From Polyangiaceae bacterium (GTDB lineage: Bacteria > Myxococcota_A > Polyangia > Polyangiales > Polyangiaceae): DNA of 64,000 nucleotides. The notes below the pieces were generated by a model, which was given only the letters and a program-made list of their open reading frames with translations, ran no database searches and was not told the origin of the DNA. How positions within the stretch are numbered: position 1 is the stretch's first letter; every line of letters begins with the position of its first letter. The stretch is from NCBI GenBank assembly GCA_044376115.1, contig JBILLK010000011.1, forward strand, positions 32,001 through 96,000. Reading direction: 5' to 3'. The translations under genes and the position numbers were made by a program. Shown here in pieces: positions 19,471-28,229 of the stretch.

Positions 19471-19498
19471 CGAGGCTGTTGCAACTCGAACAGCCTCG
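19471..19498. other. 10-bp perfect inverted repeat (hairpin) abutting the his promoter
   Basis: CGAGGCTGTT (19471-19480) / AACAGCCTCG (19489-19498), 8-nt loop. Confidence 0.75.
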
Positions 19499-19528
19499 TT
19501 GACGCATGCATGCTCACTCGGTTACCGT
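19499..19528 (+). promoter_or_regulatory. Candidate sigma70-type promoter of the his operon
   Basis: TTGACG (19499-19504), 18-bp spacer, TACCGT (19523-19528). The predicted +1 falls at about 19535. Confidence 0.6.
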
Positions 19529-19534
19529 CGTGCC

Positions 19535-19618
19535 GTGCTCGCTTGTGTCCCTCGCATCGCTCGCTCCTGTCGTGGGGAGCATCATGGTCACCATCACGGT
19601 GACCGTGGCGTGCGCTGA
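19535..19618 (+). CDS. hisL: Putative his operon leader peptide, 27 aa MLACVPRIARSCRGEHHGHHHGDRGVR
   Basis: GTG...TGA ORF with CAT CAT GGT CAC CAT CAC, ending 158 bp upstream of the hisG ATG. Too short for the ORF track. Confidence 0.8.
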   Translation: MLACVPRIARSCRGEHHGHHHGDRGVR

Positions 19619-19776
19619 TCCAGGTAGGAGTCGTCGAGTCAGCACGTCACGGTAGGAAGAGCCAAGGCTCTTTCGAGATTCGACGATGTCTGCGCACTAA
19701 CCTCGAGGTCCAAGCCTCGGTCTTCACTGTGCAGTTCCGCGGATCATCGACGTGCTTTCAGCACGAAAAGAGCAAC

Positions 19777-20628
19777 ATGCCCACGATCGCATTGCCCAAC
19801 AAAGGTCGACTGAGTGAAGAAGTGCGCGCGCTCTTGCGCGAGGCTGGTTTGAGTGTCCGGTTGCATGATGAGCGCGCGCTCGTCGCCTCGCTCGGTGAGG
19901 ACTTTTCGGCCATCTTCGTGCGTGCGCAGGACGTGCCGGAGTTCGTTGCCAACGGTGCTGCAGACATGGGCATCACCGGGCGTGATTGTGTGGCCGAGTC
20001 GGAGGTCGCGCTCGAGGAACGGCTGGACCTTGGAATGGGCCAGTGCCGGCTGGCGCTGGCGGCACGAAGCGCAAGTCGCGTCGAGGAGCTGCCGGACGGA
20101 CTGCGCGTGGCGACCTCCTTTCCGCGCTTGGCCGCGAACTACTTCGAGCGGCTCGGCAAGCGCGTAGAGATCGTCCGCGTGAGCGGCGCAGCCGAGGTAA
20201 CGCCGCACCTCGGCGTCGCCGACGCGATCGTCGATCTGGTTTCGACTGGGTCGACGTTGCGCGTGAACGGCCTTGTCGAGATCTGCACCTTGCTCGAGTC
20301 GTCTGCGGTGCTGGTGTCGAGGTCGCGCGCAGCGCTCACTACCGAACTCGATCTTGCGATCGAGGAGCTCTCGATGGTGCTGAGCAGCGTGCTCCGTGCG
20401 CGCGGCAAACGCTACTTGATGGCCAACGCCCCGCGGGCTGCGCTGGCCGCCGTGCGCGAGCTGCTCCCGGGCCTCAATGGTCCGACCATCGTGGACCCGC
20501 AGCAGGGCGACTACGTGGCCGTCCACGCCGTGGTCGAAGCCAGCGCTGTTTACCGAACCACCGTGCGCCTCAAGGCCGTCGGTTGTGAAGGCATCCTGGT
20601 TACGCGCATCGAAAGGATGGTTCCATGA
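19777..20628 (+). CDS. hisG: ATP phosphoribosyltransferase, long form
   Basis: IALPNKGRL, D.GITG.D...E, D.IVDLVSTG.TLR.NGL, C-terminal regulatory domain (PGLNGPT). Confidence 0.97.
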   Translation: MPTIALPNKGRLSEEVRALLREAGLSVRLHDERALVASLGEDFSAIFVRAQDVPEFVANGAADMGITGRDCVAESEVALEERLDLGMGQCRLALAARSASRVEELPDGLRVATSFPRLAANYFERLGKRVEIVRVSGAAEVTPHLGVADAIVDLVSTGSTLRVNGLVEICTLLESSAVLVSRSRAALTTELDLAIEELSMVLSSVLRARGKRYLMANAPRAALAAVRELLPGLNGPTIVDPQQGDYVAVHAVVEASAVYRTTVRLKAVGCEGILVTRIERMVP

Positions 20629-23006
20629 GCTTCGTCGTACGTTTTGCAGGCAGGCTCGCGGAGCTCTCCCTCACGGACCGCACAGTGCTCCTCGCGCGAA
20701 GCCGCGCTGAGGTAGACGACTCAATCGAATCACAGGTTCGTGAGCTCGCTCGCTCGATCCGCGCTGACGGTGACGCCGGCGTGCGCGCAGCCACCGAGCG
20801 CTTCGACGGCATCAAGCTCGAGACCTTGCGCGTCCCCGATGAGGTGGTACGAGCGGCGCTGCAGCAAGCGCCGCGCAATGTGGTCGCTGCGCTCGAGCGG
20901 TCCGCCGCCAACCTCGAGCGCGTTCACCGCGCGTTCCTCCCTCCGACGGTCGAGATCGAGACCGAGCCGGGGGTGATCGTCGGCCGACGACCAGAGCCAC
21001 TGGGGGCCGTTGGCGTCTATGCACCAGGCGGGCGGGCCGCCTATCCATCGAGCGTGTTGATGGGGGTGGTCCCGGCTCGCGTGGCCGGCGTTGGTCGCAT
21101 CGTCGTGTGCTCGCCGCCGCAACCAGGCGGGCTCCCTAGTGATGTGGTGTTGGCAGCGGCTGCGGTGGCTGGGGCGAGCGACGTGTTTGCGATCGGGGGC
21201 GCGCAGGCGATCTTCGCGTTGGCCTTCGGTACCGCCTCGGTCCCGCGGGTTTCGCGCATCGTTGGGCCCGGCAACGCCTACGTGGCTGAAGCAAAGCGTC
21301 AGGTCGCCGGCCACGTTGGCATCGACGCCCCTGCGGGTCCCAGCGAGATCCTGATCATCGGCGATGCGAGCGCTGATCCTGCGTTGCTCGTGCGGGAGCT
21401 TCTCGCGCAAGCCGAGCACGATCCTGAGGCCTCTTGCGTTGCGCTCGTTACCAGCGAGGCTGTTGCACAAGAAACGATTCGTCTGCTTGGCCTCGCCAGC
21501 TCGCCGCGGAGTGCGATCGTCGATGCAGCGTTGCGTTCACGTGGGGCGGTGCTGTGCATCGACTCGCTGGACGAAGCCGTAGCGTTCGCCGAGGCGTACG
21601 CTGCAGAGCACGTGCTCTGCGCGGTTGAATCGCCTGAGGCCCTTCGCGACCGCATCAAACACGCAGGAACCATCTTTTATGGGCAGGGCGGCTCGGTCGC
21701 CTTCGGTGACTACATGACTGGCGCCAATCACGTCCTTCCGACGGCGGGCGCGGGGCAGGCGTACTCCGGCCTCTCGACGCTCGACTTCGTGCGCTTCACC
21801 ACCTACCAACGAATCTCGGCAGCGGGGGCTCGTGCGTTGGCCGCTTCAACGGTGGTCCTGGCAGAGGCCGAGGGCCTCTTCGCCCACGCCGATGCAGCGC
21901 GCGTCCACCTCGAGGACCCGGTGATTGAGCCTGCCGAAGGCTCGCTGCGTGCGCCGGTTCAACCACGTAACGGGCTCGAGGCGATCACCCTCTATACGTC
22001 GAACCGCCGCGCGGCTCAGGTGGATCTCTCCGACAATACGAACCAACGAGGCGCTCCGCCTTCCGCTGCGCGGGTCCTTGCAGAAGCGGAACCCGCGAGT
22101 TTAGCGCGCTATCCATCACACTACGCTGACGAGCTGAAGCGCGCCGTCGCTCTTCACTTCGGGGTATCGCCGTCGCAGGTCGTCACCGGCTGCGGAAGTG
22201 ATGACGTGATTGATTGTGCGCTGCGCGCGTTCGCCAATCCGGGAGACCGGCTGGTGTACCCGGACCCTACCTTCGCGATGATTCCCTATTTTGCGCGGAC
22301 CAACGGGCTTACGCCGGTGGCGGTACCACTTCGCGGAAGCGCGCAAGCGTGGGACGCCGATCTCGACGTGATGCTCGCGCAGCGGCCGAAGATCCTCTAC
22401 CTGTGCTCACCCAACAACCCGACCGGAACGATGGTTAGCCGGCAGGGCCTCGAGCGCGCACTCGCTGAGGCCCCAGGCCTCGTGATCCTGGATGAGGCGT
22501 ACGCCGACTACGCCGGCGATAGCTTAGTAAAACGCACCCAGGCGGCGGGGCGCCTACTGGTTATTCGCACCTTGTCCAAGGCCTTCGGCTTGGCTGGCCA
22601 GCGCGTGGGAATCGCCATCGGTGCCGAGGCTCTGGTCCGCGAGATCGAGAAGGTGCGCGGGCCCTACAAGGTCAACGTGCTTGGGGAACGAGTGGCGATC
22701 GCCGCCTTGACGAATGACGCCGCGTGGGTCGCCGAAGGGGTGCGCGAGGTGATCGAGTCACGCGAGAGGTTCATCCCTTGGCTCGCTTCGGTCGGGCTTT
22801 CGCCGCTCCCCTCGAGCGCTAACTTCGTGCTCGTGCCTGTGCGTAAAGCCGTTGAACAGGCCGAGTCGCTACGGTCGCGCGGCATCGCGGTGCGGCCGTT
22901 CTCGGCGCTTCCTGGGATCGGGGACGCCGTGCGGATTTCGGTTGGGCCTTGGCCGATGATGGAGCCGTTGCTCGGCTCGTTTGCGGAGGTGCTGCGATGC
23001 GAGTAG
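20625..23006 (+). CDS. hisD-hisC: Histidinol dehydrogenase fused in-frame to histidinol-phosphate aminotransferase (HisD-HisC)
   Basis: HisD motifs GVYAPGG, PSSVLM, GPGNAYV, AGPSE, QAEHD, GDY..G.NHVLPT, EGL.AH (to about 21905). HisC motifs DLSDN.N, G.GSD, CSPNNPTG, DEAY, RTLSKAFGLAG.R.G. Confidence 0.93.
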   Translation: MSFVVRFAGRLAELSLTDRTVLLARSRAEVDDSIESQVRELARSIRADGDAGVRAATERFDGIKLETLRVPDEVVRAALQQAPRNVVAALERSAANLERVHRAFLPPTVEIETEPGVIVGRRPEPLGAVGVYAPGGRAAYPSSVLMGVVPARVAGVGRIVVCSPPQPGGLPSDVVLAAAAVAGASDVFAIGGAQAIFALAFGTASVPRVSRIVGPGNAYVAEAKRQVAGHVGIDAPAGPSEILIIGDASADPALLVRELLAQAEHDPEASCVALVTSEAVAQETIRLLGLASSPRSAIVDAALRSRGAVLCIDSLDEAVAFAEAYAAEHVLCAVESPEALRDRIKHAGTIFYGQGGSVAFGDYMTGANHVLPTAGAGQAYSGLSTLDFVRFTTYQRISAAGARALAASTVVLAEAEGLFAHADAARVHLEDPVIEPAEGSLRAPVQPRNGLEAITLYTSNRRAAQVDLSDNTNQRGAPPSAARVLAEAEPASLARYPSHYADELKRAVALHFGVSPSQVVTGCGSDDVIDCALRAFANPGDRLVYPDPTFAMIPYFARTNGLTPVAVPLRGSAQAWDADLDVMLAQRPKILYLCSPNNPTGTMVSRQGLERALAEAPGLVILDEAYADYAGDSLVKRTQAAGRLLVIRTLSKAFGLAGQRVGIAIGAEALVREIEKVRGPYKVNVLGERVAIAALTNDAAWVAEGVREVIESRERFIPWLASVGLSPLPSSANFVLVPVRKAVEQAESLRSRGIAVRPFSALPGIGDAVRISVGPWPMMEPLLGSFAEVLRCE

Positions 23007-23590
23007 CGCTTTTGGATCTTGGCGTTGGTAACCTCCACTCGCTCGCTAAAGCCTTTCAACGAGCCTTGCCGCAGGCCTCGTTGGAGACAACCAGCGACGG
23101 AGTGACGGCGAACCAATGCGAGCTTTGCGTGCTCCCGGGCGTCGGTGCGTTCGCGCCGGCCGCGGAACGTCTTGCGCCCTATCGCCAGCTGCTTCGCGAA
23201 CGCGCGCAGGCCGGTGGTGCCATCATTGGCATCTGTCTCGGCATGCAGCTCCTGTTCGACGAGAGCGATGAGGGCGCAGGCTTGGGCCTGGGCATCGTGC
23301 GAGGTCGCGTGACGAAGCTCGCTACCGCGCGGATTCCTCACATGGGTTTCAGCCTGCTGCACCCAACGCGCGCCGAGCTCGCGCTTCCTACGTCGGTCTA
23401 CTTCGCTCATTCGTACGCCTGCCGCCCAGTAGATCCCTCCGTCGTGCTGGCTGAAACAACGCTCGAAGGTGACACCTTCCCCGCGATCGTACGGACCGGG
23501 AACTGCGTCGGCTTTCAGTTTCACCCCGAGAAGAGCTCGCACGAAGGCGTCGAACTGTTGACCTCGTTCGCGAAACGGATCTGCTCATGA
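22997..23590 (+). CDS. hisH: IGP synthase glutamine amidotransferase subunit
   Basis: GNLHS, LPGVGAF, GICLGMQ, YFAHSY, QFHPEKS. Confidence 0.97.
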   Translation: MRVALLDLGVGNLHSLAKAFQRALPQASLETTSDGVTANQCELCVLPGVGAFAPAAERLAPYRQLLRERAQAGGAIIGICLGMQLLFDESDEGAGLGLGIVRGRVTKLATARIPHMGFSLLHPTRAELALPTSVYFAHSYACRPVDPSVVLAETTLEGDTFPAIVRTGNCVGFQFHPEKSSHEGVELLTSFAKRICS

Positions 23591-24318
23591 TGGCCATTCC
23601 GGCGATCGATCTTCGTGAGGGCAAGTGCGTTCAATTGGTCGGCGGCTCGTACGCAGAGGAACGCGTTCGCATCGACGACCCCGTCGAGCAAGCAAAGCGT
23701 TTTCGCGAGGCCGGCTTTACTCGTCTACACCTGGTTGACCTCGACGCCGCGACTGGCCGCGGCTCGAATGAACCGACGCTGCGCTCAATCATCGAGCGCG
23801 TTCCGGGGCTTACGATTCAGCTCGGTGGTGGCGTACGCAGTGAGGAGGCGGTCGAGCGCTGGCTCGAGGCCGGCGTGACCTCGGTCGTGATTGGCACTCA
23901 GGCTCTCGTCGACCGCGCGTTTCTCGAGCGAGTCGCAGCTCGCCACCCCGGGCGAATCGCGGTTGCGCTGGACGTTCGTGAGCGCGAGGTGTTGTCTCGC
24001 GGCTGGTCGCAAGGGACTGGCAAGACGGTCGAGTCGGTATTGACCGAGCTCTCGAGCCTGCCGCTCTCGTTCGTGCTGGTGACGGCCGTACACGTCGAGG
24101 GGAGTCTGTCGGGGGTGGACGCTCCGCTGTACGCAGAGCTGGCGGAGCTAACGCGTCTTCCGCTGGTCGCTTCGGGCGGAGTTGGCGAACTCGCCGACCT
24201 CCACGCGCTCGCCGCCACGGGCGTTCATGGCGCGGTGATCGGAATGGCACTTTACGTAGGGCGGGTCGAGCCTCGCGAGGCTGCATCGCAATTTTCAAGC
24301 TGGGAGAGGTCGAAATGA
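23587..24318 (+). CDS. hisA: ProFAR isomerase
   Basis: IPAIDLREGKCVQL, HLVDLD.A, QLGGGVR, ASGGV. Confidence 0.95.
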   Translation: MMAIPAIDLREGKCVQLVGGSYAEERVRIDDPVEQAKRFREAGFTRLHLVDLDAATGRGSNEPTLRSIIERVPGLTIQLGGGVRSEEAVERWLEAGVTSVVIGTQALVDRAFLERVAARHPGRIAVALDVREREVLSRGWSQGTGKTVESVLTELSSLPLSFVLVTAVHVEGSLSGVDAPLYAELAELTRLPLVASGGVGELADLHALAATGVHGAVIGMALYVGRVEPREAASQFSSWERSK

Positions 24319-24875
24319 AGAAGCTCACGCGCAGCTCGAAAGAGACGCAGGTTGTCGTAGTGGTGGAGTCCATGTCCGCGGCGGGGCTCGCCAACGCCAC
24401 CGTGAATACGACCCTGCCGTTCTTCGACCATATGCTGAGCACTTTGCTTCGCTATGCGGGGATCGCGGCGACCGTCGAGGCGCAAGGGGATTTGTCGCAT
24501 CACATCATGGAGGACGTCGCGATCACCACCGGGCGCGCCCTACGCTCGTCGCTGCCTGCGGCGCTCGCGCGCTATGGCGATAAGACGGTGCCGATGGACG
24601 ATGCGCTGGTGCAAGCAACGATCGACGTTGGAGGCCGCTTCTACTTCGAAGGGGAGCTGCCCAATCGTTTGCACACCCACGTACTGCGCAGCTTTGCTGA
24701 GGCGCTCGGCGCGACGCTTCATCTTCGGGTGCACCGTGGCAGGGACCGTCACCACCTGATCGAGGCTGGCTACAAGTCTGTCGGACTCGCGTTGCGAGAG
24801 GCTTTGCGCGCTACCGGAGAGGGCATCTTTTCGTCCAAGGGGAGCGTTGTCTTCGTCGAGGAGGAGCTACCGTGA
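24315..24875 (+). CDS. hisB: Imidazoleglycerol-phosphate dehydratase (monofunctional)
   Basis: R..KET, FFDHML, HH..EDV, PMDDAL, HH..EA..K, SSKG. Confidence 0.95.
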   Translation: MKKLTRSSKETQVVVVVESMSAAGLANATVNTTLPFFDHMLSTLLRYAGIAATVEAQGDLSHHIMEDVAITTGRALRSSLPAALARYGDKTVPMDDALVQATIDVGGRFYFEGELPNRLHTHVLRSFAEALGATLHLRVHRGRDRHHLIEAGYKSVGLALREALRATGEGIFSSKGSVVFVEEELP

Positions 24876-25651
24876 GCGCCAATCAACGACGCGTGGTCGT
24901 CTGTCTCGACGTCGACGGGGGCCGGGTCAAGAAGGGCGTCCGCTTCGAAGGCCTGCGCGATGTCGGCGACCCTGTGGAGCTCGCCGCCTTCTACGAGGCG
25001 GAAGGCGCCGATGAGATCGTCTTTCTCGATATCACCGCGAGTGTCGAACAGCGGCCGACGTTGCTCAGCACGCTGCGTCGCACTGCGGAGGTCCTCTTTT
25101 TGCCGCTGACGCTTGGCGGCGGCATTCGCTCGCTGGCCGACGTTGAGGCTGGTCTGCGGGCCGGCGCCGACAAGATTTCGATCAATTCGGCCGCGTTGCG
25201 AGACCCAAGCTTGCTCGAGCAAGCGGCACTTCGCTTCGGCTCGCAGTGTGTGGTGCTCAGCATCGACGCGAAGGCCGATACAACGCTTCCGAGCGGCTAC
25301 CGAGTGGTCACCCACGGCGGTCGCACGCCGTCGGAGCGCGACGTGGTCGAATGGGCAAAACAAGGTGAGGCGTGCGGAGCGGGGGAGATCCTCCTGACCA
25401 GCATTGACCGAGACGGCGCTCGCAGCGGTTACGACCTTGGGCTCACGCGCGCCGTAGCGAGCGCAGTGCGTGCTCCGGTTGTGGCCTCTGGCGGTGCGGG
25501 GCAGGCAAGCCACCTGGTGGACGCGGTGACCCAAGGTGGCGCTGATGCAGTGCTCGTGGCGGGCATCCTTCACGACCACGTGACCACCGTTCGCGAGCTT
25601 AAAACGTATATGGCGGGGGCTCAAATCTCCGTCCGAGGGGTGCAATCATGA
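24872..25651 (+). CDS. hisF: IGP synthase cyclase subunit
   Basis: CLDV..GRV.KG..F, GADE..FLDITAS, GAGEILLTSIDRDG, ASGGAG. Confidence 0.97.
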   Translation: MSANQRRVVVCLDVDGGRVKKGVRFEGLRDVGDPVELAAFYEAEGADEIVFLDITASVEQRPTLLSTLRRTAEVLFLPLTLGGGIRSLADVEAGLRAGADKISINSAALRDPSLLEQAALRFGSQCVVLSIDAKADTTLPSGYRVVTHGGRTPSERDVVEWAKQGEACGAGEILLTSIDRDGARSGYDLGLTRAVASAVRAPVVASGGAGQASHLVDAVTQGGADAVLVAGILHDHVTTVRELKTYMAGAQISVRGVQS

Positions 25652-26445
25652 AGGATATCGTGCAAGCGGCGGTCGAGGTAGCAAAGATCGCCGGCGAGGT
25701 CGCGCTAACACACTATCAACGCCACCTCGAAGTAGCGCGCATCACCCCGGAGCTAAAGCGGGATGGCTCTCCGGTCTCCGCCGCCGATCGTGCAGCGGAG
25801 GAAGCCGCGCGCGTGTACTTGCGTGAGCGTTTTGCCGCCGACGGCATCGTCGGTGAAGAGCTGGGGGAAGAACGCGGCTCTTCTGCTCGACGCTGGTGCA
25901 TCGATCCAATTGACGGCACCAAGAGCTTTCTCGCTGGCGCCCCCCTATGGGGCACGCTCATTGCGCTCGTCGAGGGGCAGCGCGTGCTCGCTGGAGCCGC
26001 CTATTTCCCGGTTACACGGGAGCTCGTCGCCGCGGGCTCCGGGGAGGCTCTGTGGGTGGAGGGGGCCTTGGCTGGAGTTTCGAACGTCGCGGAGTTGTCT
26101 GAGTCGACGGTGCTTACAACCGACGCCCGCTTTCCCGATGCGCCCGAGTGCGTGGCCCCATTTAATAACCTATCGGCGAGGGCTCGCGTCGCTCGTACCT
26201 GGGGGGATTGTTACGGTTACTACTTGGTAGCAACCGGTCGTGCTGAGCTGATGACGGATGGCCGTCTATCGATCTGGGACGCCGCTTGTTTTTTACCCAT
26301 CATTGAGGCCGCGGGAGGCGTCTTTACCGATTGGGCAGGTGAACGAACCTTTGCAGGCAAGGGCGTCATCGCTACCAATCGGGCGCTCGCCAAGCCGCTG
26401 CGTGCGGCGCTTGGGGTGCCGTTTACCGCGTTGGAGACGCCATGA
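25648..26445 (+). CDS. hisN: Histidinol-phosphatase, inositol monophosphatase family
   Basis: GEE, W.IDPIDGTKSF, WGDCYGY, WD.A; located inside the his operon. Confidence 0.9.
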   Translation: MKDIVQAAVEVAKIAGEVALTHYQRHLEVARITPELKRDGSPVSAADRAAEEAARVYLRERFAADGIVGEELGEERGSSARRWCIDPIDGTKSFLAGAPLWGTLIALVEGQRVLAGAAYFPVTRELVAAGSGEALWVEGALAGVSNVAELSESTVLTTDARFPDAPECVAPFNNLSARARVARTWGDCYGYYLVATGRAELMTDGRLSIWDAACFLPIIEAAGGVFTDWAGERTFAGKGVIATNRALAKPLRAALGVPFTALETP

Positions 26446-27065
26446 AGTCGTTTGACCTCGCGCAGGTTGACTTTAGCAAAGGCGACGGGCTCGTTCCGGT
26501 GGTGGCGCAGGACGATGCAAACGGCCTCGTGCTCATGCTCGGCTACGCCAACCGCGAAGCGCTCGAAGAGACGCTTCGTAGCGGTGAACTCACGTTCTTT
26601 TCGCGGACGAAGGGCCGACTTTGGAAGAAGGGCGAGACAAGTGGAAACGTGCTCACGGTGCGGGAGCTCTTGCTCGACTGCGATCGGGACACCGTGCTCG
26701 CCCGCGTGACGCCGCACGGGCCCACCTGTCACACTGGGAGCCGTTCCTGCTTTGGGGAGGAGTACACCCCAGCCGTAAACCCCATTGCTCGCTTGGATTC
26801 GACCATTGCGCAGCGCGCTTCCACTCCGCCCGGCGCCGAATCGCGCTCGTACACCCACAAGCTACTCAGCGACCGAAACCTGCGGCTCAAGAAGCTTGGT
26901 GAGGAGGTCGCGGAGCTGCTCGTGGCGTTAGCCGACAAAGACAGCCCGAGGATCGCAGAGGAGGCCGCCGACCTCACCTACCATATGCTGGTAGCGCTCC
27001 ACGCCGAGGGCGTAACGCTGGAAGACGTGCAGCGCGTCTTGCAGGCGCGGGTGAAGGGCCCCTGA
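26442..27065 (+). CDS. hisIE: Bifunctional PR-AMP cyclohydrolase / PR-ATP pyrophosphatase
   Basis: KGETSGN, DCDRD, GPTCHTG..SCF, SYT..L, KK.GEE, EAADL.YH. Confidence 0.97.
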   Translation: MKSFDLAQVDFSKGDGLVPVVAQDDANGLVLMLGYANREALEETLRSGELTFFSRTKGRLWKKGETSGNVLTVRELLLDCDRDTVLARVTPHGPTCHTGSRSCFGEEYTPAVNPIARLDSTIAQRASTPPGAESRSYTHKLLSDRNLRLKKLGEEVAELLVALADKDSPRIAEEAADLTYHMLVALHAEGVTLEDVQRVLQARVKGP

Positions 27066-27078
27066 GCCCTGCGCGCCG

Positions 27079-27498
27079 CTATTGCAATCTGCAGGTCCCC
27101 GCGTTGCACACAGCCTTCCATTCGCGTTCTTCGCCGTCGCACATGAGCTGTTTGACCCGCTCGCATTCGACGACTGCACATTGTGCTCGGTTCGCCTCCC
27201 ATGCGCGGCGAGACCATGCGCGCGCACAGCTCGGGCCGCTGCTGGCGCAACAGTCTCCACGTGCACCGATTACGCACTCGGCGTCGCTGGTGCAGGCGGT
27301 TTGCTCGCTCGCTTCGGCCGGCGTTACCTCGGTCGGCGTCAGCTCAATTGGCGTTGGCCCCGTCGGCGTTCGTTCCGTCGGCGTGCCGCTCGACCCCGAG
27401 CAAGCGGCTGCTAGCAAGCCCACAAGGGCCAAGAGGCTGAGTCCGGGAAAGTGGCGCTGGCGGAGGGGCCAGGACATTGAGCTGTCGTAGCGCTTCAT
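27079..27498 (-). CDS. Small Cys-rich lipoprotein
   Basis: LLAAAC lipobox; C.SDAEC...CC...C...C...C domain. Confidence 0.75.
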   Translation of the reverse strand: MKRYDSSMSWPLRQRHFPGLSLLALVGLLAAACSGSSGTPTERTPTGPTPIELTPTEVTPAEASEQTACTSDAECVIGARGDCCASSGPSCARAWSRRAWEANRAQCAVVECERVKQLMCDGEEREWKAVCNAGTCRLQ

Positions 27499-27535
27499 CC
27501 TCGGGGTCGTAAGCGCTACTTCTGCGTAAAGCGAG

Positions 27536-28225
27536 ATGCAAACGCCCCCCGATAGCCCGTTACCCCTGCTCTTCAGCTATCGGCGCTGTCCTTACGCGAT
27601 GCGCGCACGCATGGCGCTGCTGCAGGCCGGGCGGCCCTTCCAAGCGTTCGAAGTGAGCCTCCGCGATAAGCCCGCCGCGCTGCTCGCCTTATCTCCCAAA
27701 GGCACGGTCCCTGTGCTGCGCCTTCCGAGTGGACGGGTGCTGGAGCAGAGCTGGGACATCATGGCTTGGTCCTTCGAGTCGGAGCGCGGGGACGCTATGG
27801 CCGCGGCGTGGTGGAGCCCCGCCCAATCCGAGCGCAATCACGCCCTCTTGCAAGCCAATGACGGCTGTTTCAAGCGTCTGCTCGACCGTTACAAATACCC
27901 CGAGCGTTTTGCTGACGAGGCAGTCTCCCGCGAGCAGGTGCGGTCCGAAGCGCTCGAGACGTTCCTCGATCCGCTCTCGCAGCGGCTCGAGCGTGAGGCC
28001 TTTCTCGGTGGCGAGGCGGCCTGCGCAACCGACCTCGCGTTGTTTCCATTCGTTCGGCAATTCGCAGCTGTGGAACCGCTTTGGTTCGCGGCGCAGCCGC
28101 TGCCTGCGTTGCAAGCTTGGCTGGAGCTCTGGCTATCGAGCCGCTTGTTCGCCGCCTGTATGGTCAAGTTGCCGGCGCAAGAGGCCGTTGTATTCCCCGC
28201 TTGCGGGACGTTCCAGCCAGCGTGA
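27536..28225 (+). CDS. Glutathione S-transferase family protein
   Basis: SYRRCPYAMRAR, SPKGTVPVL, LDRYKY, PFVRQF. Confidence 0.93.
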   Translation: MQTPPDSPLPLLFSYRRCPYAMRARMALLQAGRPFQAFEVSLRDKPAALLALSPKGTVPVLRLPSGRVLEQSWDIMAWSFESERGDAMAAAWWSPAQSERNHALLQANDGCFKRLLDRYKYPERFADEAVSREQVRSEALETFLDPLSQRLEREAFLGGEAACATDLALFPFVRQFAAVEPLWFAAQPLPALQAWLELWLSSRLFAACMVKLPAQEAVVFPACGTFQPA

Positions 28226-28229
28226 CCGC

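Noticed and set aside
19657..19675. AAGAGC-CAAG-GCTCTT hairpin as a classical attenuator terminator
   Set aside because: The stem is short and no U-tract follows beyond it; better read as an anti-SD sequestering hairpin.
19729..19776. GTG-started N-terminal extension of HisG
   Set aside because: HisG homology begins at MPTIALPNKGRL (ATG 19777); the upstream part is leader RNA.
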